The position numbers were made by a program, and so were the translations under genes. The notes beneath the pieces are model-generated. The model was not told the origin of the DNA. It saw nothing but the letters and a program-made list of their open reading frames with translations, and made no database searches. Below are positions 1 to 8,539 of a DNA stretch of 64,000 bases, in pieces. Source of the DNA: a virus (lineage: Duplodnaviria > Caudoviricetes); the IMG/VR virus record IMGVR_UViG_3300033074_001484, positions 96,001-160,000 of that record; one strand, given 5' to 3'. Position 1 is the stretch's first letter; every line of letters starts with the position of its first letter.

Positions 1-55
1 AATTTGATCCGATCAATCCGGCTCCACCGGTTATTAACACTTTAGGATTTGCCAT
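1..55 (-). CDS. NAD-dependent sugar epimerase/dehydratase, N-terminal fragment (runs off window)
   Basis: Manual translation from ATG at 55: MANPKVLITGGAGLIGSN, the extended-SDR Rossmann TGGAGxIG motif. Confidence 0.8.
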   Translation of the reverse strand, partial: MANPKVLITGGAGLIGSN

Positions 56-485
56 TATCAGTACTTAAATTATTATCAATTTCATTTTTGAGACGTGCGC
101 GGGATTCATTTGCCATTCGCAATCGAATCTCATTAAACGTACTCCTATAAAAGTCAGGAGTATCCGACATCGATTCTTGTAGACGTGCGCGGTCAGCTTC
201 ACCAATGCGCACATCCATAAATACTAATTCTGCAATGTCCTCTGTAAATTTACTTTCGTCAAATGTCCGAAATTCTTTATAATGTTTATATTTGCCGGAT
301 TTATATGTTTGTAGCAATGTCTTTTTTAATCGCCTTTTTATAGCCGCAATTATCATTTTTTGACCCAAAACGCTGAATTTATTTGGGGCTGTAAGTTCAA
401 AAAAATACAACTTAATACGCTCAGTTATCAACCGATCAATTAATGCAGAAATTGTATCTATGTTACTTATTCGTTTACTCGCCAT
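42..485 (-). CDS. Hypothetical helical protein, DUF4254-like
   Basis: DTISALIDRLITERIKL and NESRARLKNEID resemble DUF4254 motifs; lies within the sugar gene cluster. Confidence 0.45.
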   Translation of the reverse strand: MASKRISNIDTISALIDRLITERIKLYFFELTAPNKFSVLGQKMIIAAIKRRLKKTLLQTYKSGKYKHYKEFRTFDESKFTEDIAELVFMDVRIGEADRARLQESMSDTPDFYRSTFNEIRLRMANESRARLKNEIDNNLSTDNGKS

Positions 486-489
486 TGTG

Positions 490-497
490 CAAAGGTA
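490..497 (-). promoter_or_regulatory. Bacteroidota-type -7 promoter box TAnnTTTG
   Basis: Sense TACCTTTG-CACA-ATG in an intergenic gap; same 4-nt spacing as the copy before primase. Confidence 0.55.
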
Positions 498-559
498 TGT
501 AGTGTTATTGGTATTAATTGATATATTTGAATATATTTATTTTCTGTATATATGTTAAA

Positions 560-1333
560 TCACCTTATTGTCTCATACAAAGCATTTTGCATGATCTGTC
601 TTTGCAAATTCTTAGGATGATATATGTGATAATCTTGTTGATGTTGCGGAATATGTCCAAGTTTAGCATACCCTATCAGTCGTTCATGCACCATCCCGTC
701 CCACCGTATATTAATAGAATTTGCATATAATCTAAATTGATAGTCCGGATAATTTATAATTGGCTGATAATGATGTACTACCCCATCAGTTTCAGATTGT
801 ATCATCTGAAACTCTGAAAGGAGATTATATGCTCCAACACTTAAATCTGATCTCATGGTTTTGGCCATATAATTTGGTAATTTATATACTCGCCACCCCC
901 ACTGTCGAACGTACTTCTCAGTAATACCGTCCACTGTATTCACACGAGGCACTAATATAACATCATATTGCCGGTTTAATTTTATAATATCATGTATATT
1001 TGACACTAATGCTTCAGATGGAATTTCATCTGCATCTACTTGAAATATATAATCTCCGGTAGCTACCTTGAATATTTGATTCTTAAAATCTGCAAAATTC
1101 GGAACCTGCGTGGTCGGATTCCTTAACACCCCTTCAACTACAGTTACAGGTAACGTTGATACATATTCATGGTTATGTAAATATTGTGCAACCCCCCCAT
1201 TATCCTCAACCGTGCTGTCATACAGTATAACAATTTCATCGGTATCACATGTTGAATATGTATTCAATACTTCGATGAGGCGTTTCAATTCATGAAGTTC
1301 ATTACATACAGTTATTGCATATGTCACTTTCAT
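560..1333 (-). CDS. Glycosyltransferase family 2 (GT-A)
   Basis: YAITVCNE, DEIVILYD, NFADFKN, GDYIFQVDADE (DxD) and VHE motifs. Confidence 0.88.
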   Translation of the reverse strand: MKVTYAITVCNELHELKRLIEVLNTYSTCDTDEIVILYDSTVEDNGGVAQYLHNHEYVSTLPVTVVEGVLRNPTTQVPNFADFKNQIFKVATGDYIFQVDADEIPSEALVSNIHDIIKLNRQYDVILVPRVNTVDGITEKYVRQWGWRVYKLPNYMAKTMRSDLSVGAYNLLSEFQMIQSETDGVVHHYQPIINYPDYQFRLYANSINIRWDGMVHERLIGYAKLGHIPQHQQDYHIYHPKNLQRQIMQNALYETIR

Positions 1334-1809
1334 ACATCGCTACCTTTATTAGTTGCCAATTCGGTAAAAGTATCAAGGGCAGTTGAAAATTGTTCCATAT
1401 CAAATATACCACCCTCGACAGTTTCCAGTTTTGCGACCGACCCTTCAGGAGTTACAAAATCAACCGTCTCAGCGGATGTCCCATTTAACACATTTATACG
1501 TCCAATAATCCACCACCGTTTTCCATTTGAATCTGACTTGGCCCATAGTACATAGTCACCAACCCGAAGGGGTATCATATACCAATGCTGTGCATTGGGT
1601 TCAACAAATTCTGTTTTTGCTATAAATGATGGCATAGACTTTTTTTGTTCAAACCACTCTCCATTTGTATTTGGATTGTATGTGTTTATCAACGTCTGGA
1701 AACCTGTATCCATGCACATTTTAACAACATCACCACGTACCGTATCATATTCGACTAACACCTTCTTATTCCCTGTAATCGGGGAAATTTCATCATATTC
1801 TATTTTCAT
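1330..1809 (-). CDS. Hypothetical protein
   Basis: 159-aa ORF tightly packed between glycosyltransferase genes. Confidence 0.75.
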   Translation of the reverse strand: MKIEYDEISPITGNKKVLVEYDTVRGDVVKMCMDTGFQTLINTYNPNTNGEWFEQKKSMPSFIAKTEFVEPNAQHWYMIPLRVGDYVLWAKSDSNGKRWWIIGRINVLNGTSAETVDFVTPEGSVAKLETVEGGIFDMEQFSTALDTFTELATNKGSDV

Positions 1810-1810
1810 G

Positions 1811-3079
1811 TTATACCAATTTTCTTAGTTTAGGTAAATTAATTGGAGGTGGATTTTCAGATGCCGATACACGAGCATCTAAAATTTCTTTTAATTTGAT
1901 ACCCATTTTTTCAAGGGTAAAATTGTCAATGGAATATTTTTTTTGCTGTTTACCACGTGACAAATATACGTCATAATGCTCATATACATTGTCCATAAAT
2001 TGCATGGCAATTGAATAATTAACTGTAAACCATTTTGCATCTGGTATAAAATAATCATTCAATGCACTACCATGTATTTTATCAAGAGACCCCGGTAATA
2101 ATACCGAACTTTCATTCTGTAAAAAATCCAAATGTCCTGACCACCCGCTTGCCAATATAGGTTTTCCAGTCAATGAAAATTCAAGCATTGGTCGGCCAAA
2201 TCCTTCCCCCTTAGTAAATGACACCATAGCTTTAACCTTCGGGTGTTTATATAACGCGGCCATTTCAGAATCAGTCAATTCGCCATTCAAAACATAAATA
2301 TTCGGCAACTTACCGGTAAACCCGGCATCTCGGATGCTTTTTTGAATTATGTTTATTTTATCAGTTATCACCGTTCGTTCGGCAATTGAAAATCCAGCAC
2401 CGCTTGTTTTTAACAAAAGTGCGGGTCTATTCTTTTTTAATTTGAATGTTTCTAAGAATGTTTTAACAAGCATCCCCACATCTTTCCTATCATGTCCAAG
2501 ATTTCCTTGCAACCAATGGCCAACAAACAGAAATAAAAACTGCTCAGATACTCCACTTAATTTTTCATCAATTGCTTGTATGGACGCTTTGTCTGGATTA
2601 ATATACTTTTGAATATCCACGCCCTCAAACAAAACTTCGATGGGTTTGGTCACTGCAAGTTGATGTCCTTGCTCATTAGTAAAAACTGAATCGTGAAAAA
2701 CTTGTTTAGAATGGGTGCTTGTTGTAATGATTAAATCCATTTTATTACAACCCTCAATCCATTCAGGTTTACAGGCTGTACTTTCAATACCCGCTGTTAT
2801 TCCAATATTATAAACCCCGTGTGGTGTAAATTCATTCGGAATTGTAATTTGAATGAATACATCTGGTCTGTATTTTATATGTTCCGGATGCTTGATCCTG
2901 TCCAATATTTTAGTTTCATCAGGATTTTCCCTGTCCAATATATATTTCGGGGTAGCACCCCACGGTAATGATATGAAGTCAACATCATATCCATTGTTGA
3001 TGAGTGCAGATGCGATGTCGCGAGAATGCGCACCATAACCACTTACAGTCTCTATAGGAGACGCCATTAGTATTTTCAT
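1811..3079 (-). CDS. Glycosyltransferase family 4 (GT-B)
   Basis: N-terminal SGYG; GEGFGRPMLE (ExFG-x4-E) motif; WSGHLDF. Confidence 0.9.
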   Translation of the reverse strand: MKILMASPIETVSGYGAHSRDIASALINNGYDVDFISLPWGATPKYILDRENPDETKILDRIKHPEHIKYRPDVFIQITIPNEFTPHGVYNIGITAGIESTACKPEWIEGCNKMDLIITTSTHSKQVFHDSVFTNEQGHQLAVTKPIEVLFEGVDIQKYINPDKASIQAIDEKLSGVSEQFLFLFVGHWLQGNLGHDRKDVGMLVKTFLETFKLKKNRPALLLKTSGAGFSIAERTVITDKINIIQKSIRDAGFTGKLPNIYVLNGELTDSEMAALYKHPKVKAMVSFTKGEGFGRPMLEFSLTGKPILASGWSGHLDFLQNESSVLLPGSLDKIHGSALNDYFIPDAKWFTVNYSIAMQFMDNVYEHYDVYLSRGKQQKKYSIDNFTLEKMGIKLKEILDARVSASENPPPINLPKLRKLV

Positions 3080-3081
3080 AT

Positions 3082-4590
3082 TTATCGTGTATATTGATTA
3101 ATTCCAGTATGTAAAATTTGTTCCGGCAATTGTACATTAATTATTTCAAATCGATCTTTCGGCGTGAATGCCTCAAACGTCTTATTTATAGATTCTATCA
3201 TTAAATTAGCCATATGTTTTGTTGTAAACTTCGCAGTATCACTCATCATCCACTCCCTACCGGCCATTCCCCGCAGTCTTAATTCATCAGGTGGTATATT
3301 GTACACTTCAAAAAGTTTATCGGCTACATCATGATAATTGCATCTGTCATCAAATATATATGGCGTAGGTATAGAACCCTGTAATGAAGTCGTTTTAGGA
3401 AATACCGGAAATGCCCAATTTCCACATTTCTTATATTTTCCATCATGATTACTGGTGAAAGTAGCATCAAATTTAATTGGTGTACCGTCGTCAGTTTCAA
3501 ATCCACATTGGTCCTGCAATCCGCCAGTAACATTTACAATTATAGGTGTACCAGCCATTACAGATTCAGCAGTTGTTAACCCAAACCCCTCATTGGACGC
3601 AATATTAATAGTCACATTGGCCATGTTATAAAAGAAATTTAACACTGGCATTGGCACTCGCTCTTCAATAAAAACAATATTACATTCTGGTGCTAACGCA
3701 TTATACACTGCACTTAAATCGGTACCATTCTCATCAAGCACATCGCTTTTCATTATAAGAAGGCAATCCTTACGTTTGTTTTTTGGAACTTTGTTGACGA
3801 ACTCTTTAAATGCAAGGATCACATCGCCCGGCATTTTTCGACGAATATTACGATTATTCCACAATACCACAAACGACGACGGATGTTTTTCTTTAAATTT
3901 TTGTAAAAACTTTTGATAATCACCCCACTCTGCATCCGACTCTGACAGTGGTTTATATATGGTTGGGTTTATCCCGTGTGGGACATATGATAACAATCGT
4001 TTAGATTCAGCATTACCATCCAATTGATGTATATCATAATATTCATTTTCACCCAATACCAATTTTACCAACATATTTGTCTGCTTACTGATATTCATCA
4101 GCAGGTCACATGACTGGTATGCTACCTTATTCCAAAATGGAGCGGGTGGCGCATCCCATATGTTATAATATATAAGAGGTAATTTATACTTAGCATGTAT
4201 GGTGTGCTCCAATCTATACAGCCAATCCCAGAATCGGGGGTCTGTAAAATGCATTATTGCATCTGGAGATTCATACTGTATAACTTCATCTAAAACCTTG
4301 TCATTACCATACCCAGAATGTGCATATATTTTAACATATGAATGTCCTATATTTCGTAATTTATTAATCTCATCAGACACATCAAAAATTTTACCATGAT
4401 CTGGGTGGGGTGATCCTGCACCAAGTTGAACCCAGTCGAAAACGTGTGCAGTGTGTATAATAATTTCTCGCGACATTGTTGCAATTCCGGATGGAAATCT
4501 AATATCATCTGACAATAATAAAATCTTCTTCTTGGAAGGTATGTCAGATACTTTGGTTAATTTAGGCAATTGTATTGTATTCATATTCAA
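3082..4590 (-). CDS. Glycosyltransferase family 4 (GT-B)
   Basis: LLLSDD..SG, VPHG, NRNIRRK, NEGFGLTTAESVMAGTPII. Confidence 0.9.
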   Translation of the reverse strand: MNMNTIQLPKLTKVSDIPSKKKILLLSDDIRFPSGIATMSREIIIHTAHVFDWVQLGAGSPHPDHGKIFDVSDEINKLRNIGHSYVKIYAHSGYGNDKVLDEVIQYESPDAIMHFTDPRFWDWLYRLEHTIHAKYKLPLIYYNIWDAPPAPFWNKVAYQSCDLLMNISKQTNMLVKLVLGENEYYDIHQLDGNAESKRLLSYVPHGINPTIYKPLSESDAEWGDYQKFLQKFKEKHPSSFVVLWNNRNIRRKMPGDVILAFKEFVNKVPKNKRKDCLLIMKSDVLDENGTDLSAVYNALAPECNIVFIEERVPMPVLNFFYNMANVTINIASNEGFGLTTAESVMAGTPIIVNVTGGLQDQCGFETDDGTPIKFDATFTSNHDGKYKKCGNWAFPVFPKTTSLQGSIPTPYIFDDRCNYHDVADKLFEVYNIPPDELRLRGMAGREWMMSDTAKFTTKHMANLMIESINKTFEAFTPKDRFEIINVQLPEQILHTGINQYTR

Positions 4591-5126
4591 TGATTTGCAG
4601 CTAATCTAAATTGATGTGTATTATGTACGTAAAAGGTTAAATTTTCAAATTCATTTTTATATTTAGACGCAGTATATTTCGCTAATTGGATTGTAGTATA
4701 ATCATCTTTCAAGCCCCATGTACCAAGTCCAAGTATAAAAATAGAAACCTTTTTATATGCAGCGTCAAGTAATGTTGCAAAGATATGAAAATATAATTCT
4801 TCAAGGACATCATAATATTCAAGAATATCATCGCCCTCAATGTATGTAGGGGTAACAATATGCAACATTTCCCGTGCCTTAAATGAATACGCGCCGGTTA
4901 CTATCATATAATCGGAACTTAACACTGTTGTAAATGAACCCACTGCTCGCTTGAATTCTGCCATATACTCAGATCGCGCACCATTTATAAGTGAATCTGC
5001 TTCATAAATACCATTTGTAAAATAATCATACGGCAACTCCCTAACAATAACATCACCACGCAATATATCCCCCGGTATATACATTCCAACCTTTATATTT
5101 ACGGTTTCCCCAAAAAAACTCATCAT
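4587..5126 (-). CDS. Divergent macro-domain-like protein
   Basis: IVTGAYSFKAREMLHIVTP and VSIFILGLGTWG align with macro VIHAVGP and SIAFPAISTGIYG; NAAN and GGG loops not recognisable. Confidence 0.5.
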   Translation of the reverse strand: MMSFFGETVNIKVGMYIPGDILRGDVIVRELPYDYFTNGIYEADSLINGARSEYMAEFKRAVGSFTTVLSSDYMIVTGAYSFKAREMLHIVTPTYIEGDDILEYYDVLEELYFHIFATLLDAAYKKVSIFILGLGTWGLKDDYTTIQLAKYTASKYKNEFENLTFYVHNTHQFRLAANH

Positions 5127-6070
5127 AAACGAGATGCCACCGGACAGTTTACATTATCATTATTAAATGGACAAAATTTACAGCTACGACCATCGTGCGA
5201 GGTAGCTGGATACTCCTTATTCTGAATTTTCCCATCCGATTCAAATACGTCCTCAATAAACCCTAACAACTTAGCATGCACTGAATTACAAGTTCTTTCG
5301 GATTGTGCAGGATCGTGTAGTTGAATTCTTGAGACCGGCTCCCCATCATACAATTTAGGATTTTTCTTTAATATAATATATGAAAATACAATCTTATCAA
5401 TGGGTATTTCATATTGTTCGGAAGCATATTTTTTATACAACAGTAATTGTGAAGTTTTAGTACTATCCTTTTTATCCAAATCGGACCATCCAGATGTACT
5501 GGTTTTAACATCATACCCATCATATGTTCCATGCGCGGTATATTCAGTTAAAATATCTATAAACCCGGTAAATTTAACAGTTGGAAAATCTGGATGTGGG
5601 TATACATTTATTGGCAGCTCAATTCCATGCAGTTTGCTTTTTCTCGTGGGAAACATAAGACTTTGCTTCGTTTTAAACTCCAATAAACATGCGTGACCAT
5701 CAAGTGTATATTCCTCTAATTCGTCTGGCGTGGAAAAATGCTCATTCGACACTTTGTAATATTTAGTATACATATCCACCATACAATCAGTGAGATATGG
5801 TAAATAATCATGCTCTTTTCCATATTTAGCAGAATTTGTATAGGTATCAATTAAATATTTTTGAACAGCCATGTGCATTGCTTCACCATATGCCACATGT
5901 ATACTTGGAACAAATTTAGGTTTAAGGGTACGTTCCAAATACCATCGCCGGGGACACTGTGAATACGTTGAAAACTGCGTATATGATATTATCCGGTGAC
6001 CCTTTGAATACACATTCTTTGCAGCACCACGTCGCATCTGTGGGCTAATGTGTGTAATTGATTTTTTCAT
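5123..6070 (-). CDS. PD-(D/E)XK exonuclease (Cas4/AddB-like)
   Basis: SYTQ..CPRRW, GEAMH, E..FTGFID..DVKT, QLLLY, CKFCPF..C. Confidence 0.85.
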   Translation of the reverse strand: MKKSITHISPQMRRGAAKNVYSKGHRIISYTQFSTYSQCPRRWYLERTLKPKFVPSIHVAYGEAMHMAVQKYLIDTYTNSAKYGKEHDYLPYLTDCMVDMYTKYYKVSNEHFSTPDELEEYTLDGHACLLEFKTKQSLMFPTRKSKLHGIELPINVYPHPDFPTVKFTGFIDILTEYTAHGTYDGYDVKTSTSGWSDLDKKDSTKTSQLLLYKKYASEQYEIPIDKIVFSYIILKKNPKLYDGEPVSRIQLHDPAQSERTCNSVHAKLLGFIEDVFESDGKIQNKEYPATSHDGRSCKFCPFNNDNVNCPVASRL

Positions 6071-6131
6071 TCAAATAAATTATCTGAGCATTCACACAAT
6101 GTGCGACAATTCAAATTTGAAAATTTGTCAA

Positions 6132-6329
6132 TTAAGTTGATTCGGAATCATCTGTGGAATCGTTATCAATACTACCACTTCCCTCAGAATAATATACACC
6201 AGCATTTGATGTATCAACACCCGGATTATTTTTTTCATACAATTGACGCTTTCTACGCAGTAAATCCGATAAATCAGATTTCAGTTTGTCGTCTAATTGT
6301 CGTTGATATTTTTTATACTGTTTTGACAT
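6132..6329 (-). CDS. Hypothetical protein
   Basis: 65-aa ORF in operon; basic N-terminus, acidic C-terminus. Confidence 0.6.
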   Translation of the reverse strand: MSKQYKKYQRQLDDKLKSDLSDLLRRKRQLYEKNNPGVDTSNAGVYYSEGSGSIDNDSTDDSEST

Positions 6330-6343
6330 AACACATGTTATTA

Positions 6344-6577
6344 TTAGGACTTGACAAAGTCCGGTAGTAACTCATCAAGAACTGTCCCACATTCAACACA
6401 TTCAAACACAGGTATTGGTGGGAGTAATACATCCTTGGGAGTAGCTGTAATCAATTTACTTACCTTTCTAAGCATTACCGCTTGTCTGAATTTATCCCCC
6501 CCGCACTCACATGTCATTGGTTTGGATGCTGCAAGCATCTCAGGAGTAAAATTAAATGCATTTTGTGAATTTGTCAT
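6344..6577 (-). CDS. Small zinc-ribbon protein
   Basis: CECG...CVECG cysteine pairs. Confidence 0.7.
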   Translation of the reverse strand: MTNSQNAFNFTPEMLAASKPMTCECGGDKFRQAVMLRKVSKLITATPKDVLLPPIPVFECVECGTVLDELLPDFVKS

Positions 6578-7626
6578 GTTATTGTTTTTTTGTATACCAT
6601 ATCAATTAATTCCAAAAATCGATCTGTTGATAAATAGTTACGTTCCAACTCTAACGCATCTTTTTCAAGGTCTGCGGTCCAATCATCATAATAAAACAAC
6701 ACATTTTGGAGTATACCATGTAAAATTTCTCGTCCCCGAATAAAATTCATAAACGGTGGACTTGTTATGTATGAAGGGTATCTATATTTCTCAGGTAGTA
6801 ATTTAGCAAACACTGACCGATCTGGCACAATCGGGACACAACCATACAACATGCCCTCATATACATAGTAGGGATTGTTTTCAAAATGAGTTGCTGAAAA
6901 TAATATTTTAGAACGTTTCAACCCGTCTATATATTGGCGACGATTAAATTTATGTAACGTTGGAAAAATGAATTCATAGTCTACAAAATAGTTTTTAAAC
7001 GCTTGTAATATTTCATTTTGATCTTTCTCGGTGATGACTTCACATAACATAATAGCATCTTTCTTTTCCTCGATTACAAAATCAATCGAATTACGAACAG
7101 TTGACAATGGATAGCCAGTTATAATCGATGACGCATCAGCTTTTCTGACATATTTTTGTAAAAATTTATTTAACGAATCAGCATCAAAAAAACAATTGTA
7201 ATCATACGTGTACATCAATCCTCGCTCATACGACGCCAACCATTTTTTTTCAGAAAGTACCGTTTGATATCGAACAAGACTATCCGGGTCAAATACCCCA
7301 TTTGTCCAAATTCCAATTAATGTAATCTTAACATCATGTATATCACATAAATATTTGACAGTTGGGGCCATCAAATTCCATGCATCTGTGAATATCAACA
7401 CATCTCCGTTCGTTATTTTATTAGATACAATCAAATCATGTATCTTAGTAAATTGGTGCATTTTATATTGAAACACCCCATCAAAAATATGTCGATATAT
7501 AAATACGTCGTCCGACGACACCACCTCGACAGGGTATCCGGCATCCTTGATCATATCTGGGAATACAGTTGACCACTCGTTACGAAATGGTGCGTCGGGA
7601 GACGATGAATCAATAACATATATCAT
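6574..7626 (-). CDS. Putative GT-B fold glycosyltransferase
   Basis: C-terminal SKILFSA..ENNPYYVYEGMLYGCVPIVPD resembles the GT-B E-x7-E donor motif; GDVLIFTDAWN. Confidence 0.6.
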   Translation of the reverse strand: MIYVIDSSSPDAPFRNEWSTVFPDMIKDAGYPVEVVSSDDVFIYRHIFDGVFQYKMHQFTKIHDLIVSNKITNGDVLIFTDAWNLMAPTVKYLCDIHDVKITLIGIWTNGVFDPDSLVRYQTVLSEKKWLASYERGLMYTYDYNCFFDADSLNKFLQKYVRKADASSIITGYPLSTVRNSIDFVIEEKKDAIMLCEVITEKDQNEILQAFKNYFVDYEFIFPTLHKFNRRQYIDGLKRSKILFSATHFENNPYYVYEGMLYGCVPIVPDRSVFAKLLPEKYRYPSYITSPPFMNFIRGREILHGILQNVLFYYDDWTADLEKDALELERNYLSTDRFLELIDMVYKKTIT

Positions 7627-7820
7627 GCTATCACACTTACAATTTTAGATTGGGTGACACTAACCAACTCCCAATCCTGTGTAAATTCCTTAAATATTTC
7701 AGTAATTTTGGCCTCCACATCTGTTGGAGATATGGCGTCCACCAAATAGCTTTCACTACTTTTCTTGATAGACCCTCCTTCGGTTTCAACTTTAATACTC
7801 ACTTTTGCAATGTAATACAT
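7623..7820 (-). CDS. DUF4494-like protein
   Basis: KKSSESYLVDAISPTDVEAKI matches the Bacteroidota DUF4494 pattern KKxxExYLVDAxSxTEAEA. Confidence 0.7.
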   Translation of the reverse strand: MYYIAKVSIKVETEGGSIKKSSESYLVDAISPTDVEAKITEIFKEFTQDWELVSVTQSKIVSVIA

Positions 7821-7831
7821 GTTCTATAAAT

Positions 7832-8539
7832 TTAAGTGATTAAATAATACGATACAGTTCCTATATTGTCAGTTATAGGTAATGACATACTCATAAATGA
7901 TACATCATATACTTTGATGCAAAGATACTCATGTTTTTTACTAACCGATAGTATTTTTAGAATATCATCATATGCGAAGTCTTCAGTTTCTATGGAACAC
8001 TCTGTTATTTGTTGTGCTGTATACACTCCAATCAAATTTCCACCACCACTGAATTTAATTTCAATGGCTAATGGAGTAATTGTAAATTTAACATAATTGA
8101 CATTTTTTAATGTCTTCATCTTTAACAAGATGTCCGCTACTAATGAAGAATTTAATTCAATTGTACCTATTTCCTCTGGAATGTTAACAGTTTTAGGATA
8201 CATATCCAACGGGTTCACCAATGGTATGGATTGTAGAAATACATCGCTTGAATATCTTAAAAATTCCATACCCCCATCATTAACAATCTCCAAGTTATTA
8301 ATAACATTTGAAACTTTTATCCTGTCCAATAAATCTTTCACATCTGCAATATACACTGTGCGGCCAATCAATGATTGTGGGGGTTCTGCATTATACGTAC
8401 ATTGAGTAACGCACCCTCTACTTTTATTTGATATTCCGGTTATGTCAACCCCATTATGCGTAAAACATATCCGCACTTCTTTATTTAACCTATTAGAATA
8501 TGCATAAAACAATATACGGGAAAAGTCTACACTATTCAT
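7832..8539 (-). CDS. Probable DNA sliding clamp (gp45-like)
   Basis: 235 aa, alternating beta/alpha two-domain character, overlaps the 3' end of PolB; no diagnostic motif. Confidence 0.45.
   Translation of the reverse strand: MNSVDFSRILFYAYSNRLNKEVRICFTHNGVDITGISNKSRGCVTQCTYNAEPPQSLIGRTVYIADVKDLLDRIKVSNVINNLEIVNDGGMEFLRYSSDVFLQSIPLVNPLDMYPKTVNIPEEIGTIELNSSLVADILLKMKTLKNVNYVKFTITPLAIEIKFSGGGNLIGVYTAQQITECSIETEDFAYDDILKILSVSKKHEYLCIKVYDVSFMSMSLPITDNIGTVSYYLIT

Noticed and set aside
5123-6070. Cas4-like nuclease as a sign of CRISPR-Cas
   Set aside because: No cas1/cas2 or array is present; stand-alone PD-(D/E)XK nucleases are common in phages.
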